A DNA stretch of 62,522 nt, counting the filler, from Sphacelaria rigidula (taxonomy: Eukaryota): the NCBI GenBank assembly GCA_964200075.2. It is 10 parts of 10 records of this genome, joined end to end, with 100 filler letters (N's around TTAATTAATTAA, not from the genome) between each part and the next. Parts side by side here need not be neighbours in the genome. Positions count along the whole stretch, not along the records: positions 25,051 to 31,212 come from CAXNAA020021832.1; positions 31,313 to 37,474 come from CAXNAA020021833.1; positions 37,575 to 43,736 come from CAXNAA020021834.1; 7 more parts are not named here. One strand, given 5' to 3'. The position numbers were made by a program, and so were the translations under genes. This document shows positions 25,491 through 37,660 of this stretch, in pieces. How positions within the stretch are numbered: position 1 is the stretch's first letter; each line of letters opens with the position of its first letter. The notes below the pieces were generated by a model. That model saw nothing but the letters and a program-made list of their open reading frames with translations. It was not told the origin of the DNA and ran no database searches.

Positions 25491-26251
25491 AAGGGGTATC
25501 TACAGCTTGCCGTGCTATCGCCCCCAGGTGCACTTGGTTGTGTTCCAGTGGAGGTTTCGACCAAAATATCAAATATTCAAATGACGACATGCAATGCTCA
25601 ACATGACATGAGTAGATGCACGTTTTTCGAAAAGGCGGAGAGGAGGGGAAGACCAAACTTAACACTTCACGCACGTCCGAGGGAGGAATGGAAACTTGAT
25701 CCGTGCAAGGAAGAAACAAATGCAAACCGCCCCTGCACAGGGTTACAATCCTGCGTGGTGTTTTCCTCCTTCAGCGCGTTTTGCACGCGGCAAAGTTTAA
25801 CTCCGTGGAGGCACCCTCCGCGGGGTTCGACTTGGCCAAGTGTGACCTATCAGCTTTGATGACGAACGCGGATCTGCAACCGTAAAATGTGGTAAAGACG
25901 GATGTAAGGGCTCTGAATCCGAGTGCATCCGTTGTCACGAGATCAATTCTTGGAAATGTTCACCATGCTCCATTGTCAAGGCCAGTATTTACCGGGCGGC
26001 CGTCTGTCTGTCCGCGACTTTGGAGCTGCCATGCGACGATGGCAACCGCATACTGTACCCAAAAGTGGTATCCTCATGTGCTGGTGCACGACATCGTTTG
26101 CCCGTAAGAACGATTTCCGCAGCGCTTTCGATTTTATCTCATCGGCAACGTATCTTCGCAACCAGGTGATGCCATGCTACGGTTTCTCCGACCTTGCGGC
26201 TTTCACTTCAGCTCAATGCCCGCCGTTCGTGTCCCTTCGTGTGCCCGTTAG

Positions 26252-28886
26252 AGGAAGACTTCGGGCTTCTTTGGAAGGTCTTGGGCTATGATGACCGCTT
26301 CCCGGGGGACCTAGAACTCTTCGATCGAGTGGGAGTTTACGGCTCCCTCACGGACAGCAAGATTCACCACAACTATATCGGTGCATGTGAGTCTCCAAGT
26401 TTCATGTCAGAATTGGCAACATACACTTTGAGATCTTTGGCCGCGAGATAGTGATTCATTCGAGCAGCATTTACCCTCTTTCAAATGATCATTGTAGTGA
26501 AAGTGCGACTACTCCGCGGAGGCTGCATATTTTCCCCGGGGGGGTTGTTGGAAGCGAACGTGGGGAGCTGACACGGCTTCCCCCTTGGCATCGGGCCCAT
26601 AGTCACCATCTACTTCTATGTCAGCTAGCTTGGTGGGTGGATTGATACAAGCCCAACGCGACCTGTTACTAAAAGACGCTACATATCTCTCGGCTTCCTT
26701 AGAATGCGCGGATAATGCAGTGAAACTTGAAAATTATGAAACCCAAAAAGCTGTGAGTAGGACCGTTTTGTAACATGGCCCCCTTTCCATTAATTGAAGA
26801 CGAATCTTATCTTGCGAGTGAAAGTTATGTTATCGTGACGGTTAGATGAGTTTTTTATGTTGTTCATAATCATAGTTTCGCGTGTCAAGAAAATCGGCGT
26901 GTCACGAAGATGAAGATTGATCATAGGTCAAGTCTTATTATTCCACTATTTCTATCATCCTTACAATGAGGGGGAAAATCCGTTAAGGACTTCGCAGTGG
27001 TAAAATGTCGTGTGTTCTTTATTGATGCTCATCGCTAAATTGATGGAACAGTCGTTACGGAAGTCGCGGTGGGGTAAGGCGCCGCGGTGATGCCCAAACA
27101 TTCCCACGCTATACCCTACGCTGCTTGTTTCCACCAAAGATTGAACTGCGATAGGGACTACAACAATTGTTTCCTCATGGCTGTTTCCAAGGCGAGTTTC
27201 CACGTCCGAATTCTCAGAAATGCTCCATCGCCGATTACTACATACAGCTCTTCTCGTGGGCGGAGTCTGCGCCATAGATGCGATCCCTAATCACTAGTGA
27301 TTTCTCCTCTGCATCCCTTCACAGACTGCTACGGTATGAAGGGCTCTTCCGTGTGGAGCGGCAACGAGATCTACGACAACGCTCTGGTGGGCATCAACCC
27401 ACAGGACAACAGTGACGACATGACCCTCACGGGCAACCACGTGAGACCCCGGCAATAACCCTTGTGTTTTTTTCTTTGAAGAAGGGTGTGCTCTGTTTTG
27501 TCTCTACCTGCTTTTCGTCGGGATGCCGACCACTGTCTGTCTGAAATGAAATTGCTGCTGCTGCTCCCACCATTGATCCTCTCAATCATATTTTCATTAT
27601 GACCCGGGAACCTTGATTTTAATCCCATTTCCTGTGCATGGTTGTGCGTTGTACTTGCTGTGATGGTGTTGACCAGGTGCACAACAACGGATGGCACGGC
27701 ATTGAGTACAGCAAGCGTTGTAAAGGGTGAGGCATTGTATCGATGGAAACGTACAAAGCATGTCGCCACCCCAAGTTCGGCACTCATTTGTGTCTCTATT
27801 GTAATACCCGCTTCGACGCTGCTGCAGGAATTAAGTAGATAGTGAATTGTCAGGGATCGTTTGGAGAAACTCAGACACGTACATACCGTCGTGTCATGTC
27901 TTCATACCCGGGCTCTTCCACACTTGCATCCTCCTCCTGCAGAGCTCTCGTCTACGACAATATAGTCGAGGACAATGCTCGGGCCGGGATCTTCTTCCAT
28001 CGCTCGACGGACTACGCCGATGCTTACGACAATGAAGCAAGGCGCAATGCGGAGGGAGACTTCGGCATCTTCGAATGTACGGGGGTCACCATCCACGACA
28101 ACATCATGGAGGTGAGTACCTGGTCGACGAACTGTTCGATAGCCGAAACGCCTGGGTGTCGGTTGGAAAATTGAGTCATCCCTGTGATGGGATCTAATTT
28201 ACGGATCATGGATACCTCACCAACACCTCTGCGGCCTTTTCCGATTGATTGAAAAATAGGGCGGTAAATACGGCGTCCGCATCAGCATGGGGGCGCAGGA
28301 ATGCGAGGTGTACGACAACGTGATATCAGACAGCACACGGTATGGCGTCTTCTTCTACCGAGGCAGCGACGAGGCAGAGGTGAGGCATTACACAGATCCT
28401 TCCCTCTGGGGAGAGACGAAATAAAAGTCGTTACAGCGTCGTACCCATTTGCGCCTGACGGGTGCTACGCGTTCTCATGTGTTGGACACGTCAACTGTAG
28501 CGTCTTCACTGGCATCACCGTTACACAAGCCGCATCAAAACAGCGGTTCCGAGTGATGGTACGTGTACGGCTCGCGTCACTCGAGCACATCTCGTCCTAT
28601 TCTTGCGCACTCTAATCAACAGGCGTCGACTGATTGGGACGGACGCCCGCGCTATAACATCATTCGGGATAACGAGATATCTGATCCGGTGGAAGGGCAG
28701 GGAGTTGCAGTGACCGGTTCGGATAATAACGAGATCCTCGATAATGTCTTCGTTGGCATCGACTCTCTTCGCTTCGATGACGCCGCAGAGACTCTTGTTC
28801 TCGGCAACGTGCTACCGGACGATGTCAGCTTCAATCTCGATGATGGGTCGACGCTTGCCGAAGGCTCCCAAGAGCCGACGGACTAA
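26252..28886 (+). CDS. Mannuronan C5-epimerase-like beta-helix protein; exons 26252-26386, 27325-27440, 27677-27726, 27943-28111, 28260-28379, 28623-28886
   Basis: FGLLWKVLG..FDRVGVYGSLTDSKIHHNYIGAYCYG, HNNGWHGIEYSKRC, AGIFFHRSTD, KYGVRISMG, YRGSDEAE, DGRPRYN. All AG/GT junctions in phase. Stop TAA ends at 28886. 5' exons not identified. Confidence 0.92.
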
Positions 28887-30647
28887 CCGCGATGCCGACG
28901 GGACAAAGTGCTGCCCGTTAGAAGCATCAAGCGTCGTCGGTGCTAGCAACGATCATGATTTCATGACTCGACTATTTAGATACGGCCTTGACGCTTGTAT
29001 CTGGGGAATATTCACGGACGTTTTCTCTCCAAGGGATATTGTTCTGCTAAAGACATCGCGCTTTCCGCCGTACCATGTATATAGCAGTCCGAACTGGCGT
29101 TCAGAAAAGTACGTAACGCGTCCTTCCCTGTGTTCGATTGTTTTTGATGCTGTTAACGCACCATTCGAAATACTTTACAACTCGGTCAGTTCCTTGAAGT
29201 TTTCTTCGGCAAAATCACATGATACGTGTGGGCTCCGAAGAGCTCCGAGATCCAGGACGTGAGTATCGTTTTGTGACTGAGCTGTCAGAGAGAATTACAC
29301 TTGAATAGCAATGGCGGCCCTGATGTTGGTGCTCAGCACATTCGTCTACCGTCTGAAGTGAAATAATCTAGAAGATCAAGCGTCTTTTGACATTTCCCTT
29401 GTCATTGAACTATGTTCCGTGACTTTGCCCTTTCTAGGAAGAGAGCACAAGTTTTGCAATGTATTGATGTGTACGTTTACTTTTTCGGTGCTACGCTTGT
29501 TGTATATAGTTGATGCTCGTGGCACCTGTGTGCAACACGGATGTCTCAGAGCGCGCTCGTATCAAGGAGTTATCATCTAAGCGGTGAATTTTCTCCATCA
29601 GTCAAGGGTGGCGCGTGCGATTCGTTGGGGAGGACAATTAGGAAAGTATGTTGGTTTTCGGTGGAAGGTCGTGACTATCCGTGACGTTCCCGGCTGCGGC
29701 AGCGAGTCGACTAGACAACATACAACCCGATTCATTGTTGGAGGTGTTTTCTTTCGCTTCAGGTTGCAGTCGATAGAGAGTTGAACCGTGTGAACGGACA
29801 TCGCGCGGACCTCATCTCCTCGTCGCTTACTCGTCCAATGCTGCTTTTCTTGAAAGTTCCCTCGTGTACTGCACTTCGTTGTGAGTAGGGTTGGACCAGA
29901 CGTTCGCGTGAATTTTCGGAGCATTCCAATATCACGAAGTGAATTTGATTTCTGCTTCGGGTAAAAATTGGATGAGTCGGATTTTTACGACTTGGGTTTT
30001 GCGACATGGTTTTTGCGACTCTTTTTTTTGCTAGATTTTCCTACTTTGAAACCCATATTGAGTTCATTTCTTGGGGAAAACTTGGTCAAAGAGAATCCAA
30101 ACGCGTCTTGGTCCAAGGGAAACCTGGACACACAGCGGTTGCTGCTGCCTACGTAGTTTCATCCTCCAGATCGAAGTCTTCAGTGAGAACGCCCAGCGTG
30201 CAGCTGCTTGACGCGACCACTGCGGTCTGCCACGGACCCTTCCCCACGTACCCGACAAGGGGGCAACATCCCCGTACACAGGAGCAATGCTAGCGGATCC
30301 TACGTCCTGACAGTCTGGCAGCCGGCAAGGTGGTTATGGTAGTGTCCTTCTAGCGGTATCAACTTACAGCGCACTGGAGCATAGTTTGCACGTGAATGTT
30401 TTGTCGATTACCTCACCTGCTGTTAGCCCAGATGTTGCGAGGCTTTAGTTCCGTATGCGCAAGTGCTCAATGTAGCGTGACTCGCCAACAGACAGACCGA
30501 CAGGCTTCAGGCTTCAAAACTCTTAACTTTCATTGTCGTGTTTCGTGTTCCTATTTTGTTGCGGGTTTGATCAGCAAAATGTCCCATCTTATCATCTTCA
30601 TACATGGTAAAGGGGTATGATATTCAGGTCTGTATGTCATACCCTTT

Positions 30648-31059
30648 AACAGAGGATTCTCAAAAATGAGGTTCATCAATGAAATGAGGTTCGAGCTCAA
30701 AGCAGTACTTTCTCCACGCTTTCAGCGATGGTGCCCAATGATTTTCTTGTCGGCCTAATGCCCCTCGATCGCGTAGATACTTCTTCAGCGCATTTTATTG
30801 ACTCTGTGAGCTTACAGCGCTGTCCGAAACCGCCATTTCTACTTATTTTTTAGGGGGGTGATATCAGGGAAAACAGCAGTTTCGGTTAGCGCTGTAAGCT
30901 CACAGAGTCGGTAAAATGCGCTGAAAAAGTATCTACGCGATCGAGGGGGATTAGGCTGACAAAAAAGTCATTGGGCACCATCATTGAAAGTGTGGAGAAA
31001 GTACTGTTTTGGGCTCGGACCTCATTTCATTGATGAACCTCATTTTTTAGAATCCTGTT
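30648..31059. repeat. About 410-bp hairpin (foldback MITE-like)
   Basis: AGGATTCT..AAAAATGAGGTTCATCAATGAAATGAGGT arms of about 190 bp around a loop of about 35 bp. Confidence 0.9.
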
Positions 31060-31183
31060 CTTTGTACATGGTACTATCTATGCTGTTTTCAAAAATGTGA
31101 CTGAGACTCGTGCACTTGTACAACGTACAACCGGTGCCGGTAGTCCGACATGGTTTCAATGTCGACTGACGATAGATGATGAT

Positions 31184-31212
31184 GGGGGGGGGTGTACTCA
31201 TGATCATGCTTG
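31184..31212 (-). mobile_element. Family A tail at the contig end
   Basis: G-run followed by TGTACTCATGATCATGC. Confidence 0.75.
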
Positions 31213-31312
31213 NNNNNNNNNNNNNNNNNNNNNNNNNNNNNNNNNNNNNNNNNNNNTTAATTAATTAANNNNNNNNNNNNNNNNNNNNNNNNNNNNNNNN
31301 NNNNNNNNNNNN

Positions 31313-31598
31313 TTCGTTGGATCCGGCGCGCCCCGCAGTAAACCTCTCGTGAGAGTAGTTTTCCCTGCACATACCGCACCAACCAGCACCACCTTCAACT
31401 TATGAGAAGTTGTTGCTCCCGAGCGTTCCAGCGCCTCGTGGTAGCTGACGATTTGCGCCCATCCGCCTCGAATAACCTCCTCTGAAGGCTCAGTCCAAGG
31501 GTTCTGCCCTAGAAGTGTTGCACCACGATCCCACATGTGCGGGGTAATCTCCAGACCAGGAATTCGAGCAAACCTCTCAGCGGTAGCCTTTGGTATGC
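31313..31598 (-). CDS. ROCO (LRR-Roc-COR) GTPase exon, truncated by the contig end
   Basis: NPWTEPSEEVIRGG...LKVVLVGAVCAGKTTL, the LRR-Roc linker plus P-loop. CAG acceptor at 31599-31601. Confidence 0.88.
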
Positions 31599-34500
31599 CT
31601 GTACGCGTTCAGACGAACGTTGTAGAGAATGTATCACGTGTTTGAAAGTTGACCGAATGAAGTCAAATGTACTACAACCTAATTCAGAGCGAAATAGGTG
31701 GTTCCGATCACGATGAATACCTAGACCCTCACATCTGGCCACGATCACAATACATCCCCCACCGCAAGGGATACCGAATAGTGAACACATCATCGTGGCA
31801 CCAGTCGAGCTCTTTCCTTTTTTTTCGCCAGAACACGGACTGTACCTTATCGGAAAAAGGGTCCGATACATGGCAGCACAGTTTGGTTACTTTCCGACAT
31901 GTTATATTCCCCACGGATCAGGCTTTGATTCCGCAGGCAGTTAAAACAGTCTCCTGCTCGTACAGAGCACATCTTGGGGGGCTCCGGAAAACGATTGGGT
32001 AGTCATGTACAAAGAGGTGCGGTGAGAGCGCCCAGCATTAGGACCTTCTTCTGGTTGGCAAACAATACAAAAGAGGAGACTTTCTCAACGCACGACGCGA
32101 AGTGCTGAAATGTCCGTAATGAGGGAATGTCTCTCGCTCCCCGTGTGAAACAGGGCCCTTTCTAGTTACCCTTGCGATGAAAGGCAAATGTAGCCTCGCC
32201 AGCCGAGCCGACTTACCAGCCCTAAACAGCAAACTCGAGCAGTAGACCATTGCCGACAACAACAAAAAACTCCTGGTCCTGGGGGCATGGCACAACGTAT
32301 CTTACTTGGTGATGAAGCGACTTTCACGGCTATGGAATGACCCTAAAACGACAGCTACTAATTGATATTGGATGCCCTTGAGTGAGGTACCCTAAACGGC
32401 CGAGCCATCAGTTCGTGTGTACACAGGTCAGCGTTACTGACGGCGTAGGCTGTGCTAGATTTTGGAAATACAGTATCAGCTATACCGTGCAAAAGGAAAG
32501 TGGAGGTAGTATGAGCTGTTCGACAGTACATTTTTCTGCATGAACGAGCACTCGGGAGTGAAGCTGTTCCCTGCACCACATGGTCGGCGTTCGCTTTCTA
32601 GGTCACCGAACTGACATGACCCTGCTTCTTCTCGTCGGTTGTTGTCTTCTTCCTTTTTATCGCAACCTTGGCCATGTTCCTAGCTGCGTTCCCACGCGTG
32701 TTCCACTTTTCGTTATTTTCCCTTCTCTCATCTCTCCCATTGTCCTTCTCTTCCTCTATTTTTATTCTTCAGTCTATTTGTTTCACGTCTCATACGGTAG
32801 CGGTGTTTTGTGTCTCGTCCCCTGAGAGGTCGTTGGTGACAGTCCATGTCATAATAGTGTGTTTCCACATAGCTTTCACGTACTCTTGTCCTCGTACGAC
32901 AGTTTTTCTCTCAAGTCATGTTGCCCGGACTGACCATTTCTAATTACTACAGTAGTTGCTTTCTCTTTTTTTCGTTACCATTTCATCATCCACAAGGGGA
33001 CGTGCTTCCCGACTCAATAATTACTTTCTTCTCCTTCTCTTCCTCCATGTGATGTCCCTCTTTTTCTTGTGCATCGCCTTTTGCCTACAGTTTGATACAT
33101 TCGCTTGCATCTTCACTTCTTCATCATTCCCCGTCGTCGTGTTCCCTTTACCGCGTGCCACCACTTTGATAACGTTGGGCGCGTGTATCTTGTCATCACG
33201 CCTGAATCCCTCGCGTCTTGATTCGTCACATTTCATCGATCAAATCAATTAATATATTCTTGGATCACGATGCGCTAGGATTCCTCCCACAATACATTGC
33301 AGCATATAACGAGGCACCTGACAGAACGTGTCACCGCATGAGCTGCAATCGCGAAGACACCTGTGAGATTGAAATATTTTACATCGCTGTGGACGCCAAA
33401 CCTTCAAACCGCTCACAATACCTTGTACATGATCTCGTGGACATGAACATCCGTGCGCACACTCGGGGAATACAAATATGTAAACAAGGCCGTACAGTAC
33501 AAACGATTGGCGCATGACTGACAAAGTTGCCGACCTCATGGGCGGTACATCAAAACGGTAAACCAACGCGCTAATCCCAGTATCGATGGTCGCGCAGTAT
33601 GTCTGAATATTGACTACTTTGTCACCATGAGCATATACCACGGCAGCAGCTACTAGTATTCGAGTTAAAGCTGCAGTATTTGTGGAACGATAAAGCGTTC
33701 GCAACGCAATTTGGGCGGACGTACAGGCCCACCATCTGGAAAGTTCAAATGATATATCATCGTCAGCTTCATGAGTGTTTCGGCAAGCAAAGGTGCGTCC
33801 GGAGTGCACGGATAAGGACGTCTCTAGCACACCGGGAGGAGTTTTTTGGCATTTCAACTTGAGACCTCAATCACCCAATTTCACACTTTTCTTTTCAGCA
33901 GTCTCCAACTTTGATCGTTCAAATATTGCGTATGGCCAAGAATATAAAACCTGACACCGTCACAAACTGCATTGTCTTCCTTGGTATCAGGGCCATGGTC
34001 AGGGTTGGGGTTTCAGGTGTCTGGTTCGGAAACCCTGGTACCGAGAAGCGCCGCGAACATGTACGCCATTGAAGCACTGCAAGCAGCACTTGCCTTCAAG
34101 CGTTCGAGGTTGGCGCCCGTATATTTTTCCCACCTTCGGGTTAATGCGGGACCAACAAGCTGTACAGGTTTGAATCTTCACTTCCGATGGGCCCTGAACC
34201 ACACGTTATTTTCTGGCAGCTGTAATGCCCGCAAGATGACTGCGCTGCATATGTCTTATCCACTCTCGACTCACCGGGACCAACAGAGTATACACCATCA
34301 CTGCCTTCACATCATGAGGAGTCGACTCGTATGAACTCTGACTCGCCCTAACCGTGAAATGTTGTGTTTACTAAGGAACCTCCGTGGTGCCTTCAAAACA
34401 ACCCTCTGATCGAGACCAGCATCTCACGCACGTACTCAACCATGTGGCACAGAGAAAGGACGGCCCGCAAACAATGAAGGCGGCGCGCTCGTGGGCAGTA

Positions 34501-37403
34501 TCCACACTACAGACACAGTGCCAATGAGCCTCACGATGCGCAAGGAATGGCAGTACTGCATTTCGTGTGAAGAGCCAACACATGTCACCTGCTACATCTG
34601 GAACCATTTCCTCCTCCCCTTGCGCTAAAACCCAATCAACGCAAAACCCTACCGCACCCCACACAACGCAATTATATTATATTCTTCTCGTTTCTTCTTC
34701 GTCCTTCTTTTCCTTTCCTGTTTGCAATCCGACCCCCCGCCCTACGACTACCGACTAAACGACTGAACACACGATGAATCCGAAGGATGCGGGGACTAGG
34801 CTGTGCTTGCTCCTATTTGACAGCCTCATGAAAATATGATTCAAATCGAATTGCACTACTAGCGAGCGCTGTATGCGTCGACTCCTAGGCCTTGTCTTCC
34901 TTCCTCGAGCTAAATTGCCACTCCAACAGGAGATCGACCCTCCCGGTCGAAGGGTTTATCGATGTTGATCCGTTTATGCGGGAGTACTGTTTTTTGGTGG
35001 AGGATGTGTGCCACCAGTCCGTTTCCTCGTCAGTGATACATATCCATCACCCTGATTGCTCGTGTGGCGATGATGGTTGGTGCAGGGTCATTTGTGTCAA
35101 AACCATTTTTCATGACGGAGGCACCGAAAAATGTAAATGTTACCGGGTGGCGCCATCAAATCACAGGGAAGATGCACTCGTTATGGCCATCACCCTTCGA
35201 TGATAGAAATTCCGAACACTTTGAGAAATTTCCGGCGACGTTTTCGCCACGACCAAGAGTACGTTTACTTGCTACAAGCCTGACAACAGTTGAATTTACA
35301 CATAAACTAGTTTTCGAAACCCTTGTATACATTACTTGAATAAAAGAGCATGCACTCTTGGTCGTCGCGGAAATGTCACCAGATATTTTCAACAGTGCAC
35401 AATTTCGATGATCTAAGAGCGATATTCTCCCATGGCGGGTGATGTCTACAACCTCCCCTTTTTCTCCTCAAAACTTGATACCAGTGGAATCATCGTAAAT
35501 GAGGGCGAGAAGGACTGTACAAACAAGGAAATACAAGTGCGAAATTTGCAACTGACGAGAGACGCAGTCTCCGCCGTAAACGAAGGATTCCCACGTGTTC
35601 AGCGTCAAACTTCGAGGGCCAGGCAACCCAAATTGAAGAAAATTGACGACACTGATCTTCAGGATGGTCACGAATCATGCGCATGAAGTCACCAAACTGG
35701 CATCATGGTACATGATTTTTCACATGTTCTCATTGTTCGGAAAACGATTTCAAACATTTTTGAGAACTGCTCGTTTCACCCAAAAAATATACACTCAACA
35801 ACATACAGGGTGTACCACGGAGAGATCGTTTGGTTCCCTTTCTCTACGGACTCGCCCTGAGAAAGAGGGAAGGGGGTTGGCCCCTTACTTGACAACACAG
35901 ACTCGTCTCGAGGAAGGGGGGAAAGGCTTGTCCCCTCGACACCACGGACTCGTCCCGATGGAGAGAAGGGAAGGAAAGGTGCTATGGTGTCAACGGCAAT
36001 ACCCCTTACATACGGAACACGCAACGACCTGAGGCGATAGCTGGCCACAGCTTCTGTGGAATAGGGTGGAAACATACATCGAAACTTGTGCATGAATGAC
36101 GCTAGGGATCGACGCCATTCAGCTACTTTTGTGGCCAAAAAATATTAGTGGCCGCGATTCACATTCTATCGTGACACTCAATAAACATTGGTGGGCGCAA
36201 GTGATATCCTCTCGTGACCAACAATATGTATTGGTGGCAGCGTGGCAGATCCTTTTGTAAGAAGGAAGGTAGGGTGACAAGAAGAAGAGGGAAAAAGACC
36301 GCTCCTGGGTCGACCTTATTTCTGTGTGATTCCGGGTGGTGCGCCCACATTTACCGAAAGGTGTAGACCGGCGTCCAGAATAGATGCAACGACACACACA
36401 AAACTTACTCACACTCGAGTCAGCTGGTCCAAAAACACATTATATGTGACCGCGGAGTCAGGTAGCCAAAGCACAACCTCTGCATTACTCGGCGTGCTCA
36501 GCGTCAGGCGCTGTAGGTGGCAAACATGGGAAAGGAAGGCCAAAGGATCCGAATCATGATTCGAATCAGTTTACTGATGAGCAAATTTCAGACGGGTTAT
36601 GATCTGCCCGACGTGTGTAAAACTTGGACCGGCTTTGCCCATTTGGCATGACTTTTCTTGGATCTGGCTATTTTCCGCGAATTGCATCAGTGCAAAGCAG
36701 CAAGTGATTACTCAAACACGCTCCGTCGAGGCATAGGTGACGCAGCTTGAAGAATAACAAAGCGGTATCAAGAGCTTTTCCCGCGTTTTTGAATATAATC
36801 CGCCGTTTCTCCGCACTTTTCATTCCCTCGAGTTCGTGTCCAAATAGTGGCGGCAACAAGCCCATTTCGGGCTAGGAATGTTCGTCGTCCGTTCGGCTGC
36901 CGAAAGGAATTGGCAGCCTTGCACAAAAAGCAAAGGATTTCGACCCAAGAAACGCCCCAAGAATGCGGCGAAAAATGGCATGAGCTTGAACACCGTCAAC
37001 AGCCCAGACTCATGAGACATGTGTGTTGATGAAATATACCTAGCCTCAAACTCAAAGACAGAGCCTTTCACGTTTTCTTGCAAAGATGTCCATCATTGTG
37101 TGGTCCCTGCATGCTGTCCGAAAGTGGTTTTGCTTCATTTCAAATATGCTGTATTTCATGACCATCACTCCCAGTTTTACTCTCAACCAGTACGTGTCGT
37201 GAGACATATTTCATATTCCATCACACATCGCATAGGTGCACTTTTTCTCGGGGTGGGGGTGGTTGTTCCGAACTTCAAAAGCAAAGTCAAATATCTCCTC
37301 CCTCCTTTTATTTTCCCTCATTCCTCGCCTCTTCATGCCTGAACATCCTAGAAATCCTATTCGCTTTTCCCTCGGGCGCGTACTCTTCATGCGAAGGGCG
37401 AGG

Positions 37404-37474
37404 GAGGAGGGGGGAGGGGGGGGGGGAGGTGTACCGATGATCTCGCATGCCAGTGCCATATGACCTTTGACCTT
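37404..37474 (-). mobile_element. Family A tail at the contig end
   Basis: G-rich run followed by TGTACCGATGATCTCGCATGCC...TGACCT. Confidence 0.7.
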
Positions 37475-37574
37475 NNNNNNNNNNNNNNNNNNNNNNNNNN
37501 NNNNNNNNNNNNNNNNNNTTAATTAATTAANNNNNNNNNNNNNNNNNNNNNNNNNNNNNNNNNNNNNNNNNNNN

Positions 37575-37660
37575 CCTCAACCGTGCTCCGTCTCGAAAGG
37601 GATGCGTGGTCAATTGTCAAACGACTAAGGCGAGCAACAAATGAGTACCCCCCGCCCTCC
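37575..37660 (+). mobile_element. LINE family B, 3' end
   Basis: Near-consensus tail ending ATGAGTACCCCCC. Confidence 0.88.

Noticed and set aside
25775..26102. Additional 5' exons of the epimerase-like gene
   Set aside because: Candidate AG/GT segments show no epimerase-like sequence that I can support.
20770..28886. Functional cluster of SWIM protein, recombinase and epimerase
   Set aside because: The epimerase is on a different contig, and the SWIM and recombinase pieces are independent decayed transposons.
31960..32050. Possible LRR exon (LGALTA) upstream of ROCO
   Set aside because: The motif needs frameshifts and lacks 72-bp exon boundaries.
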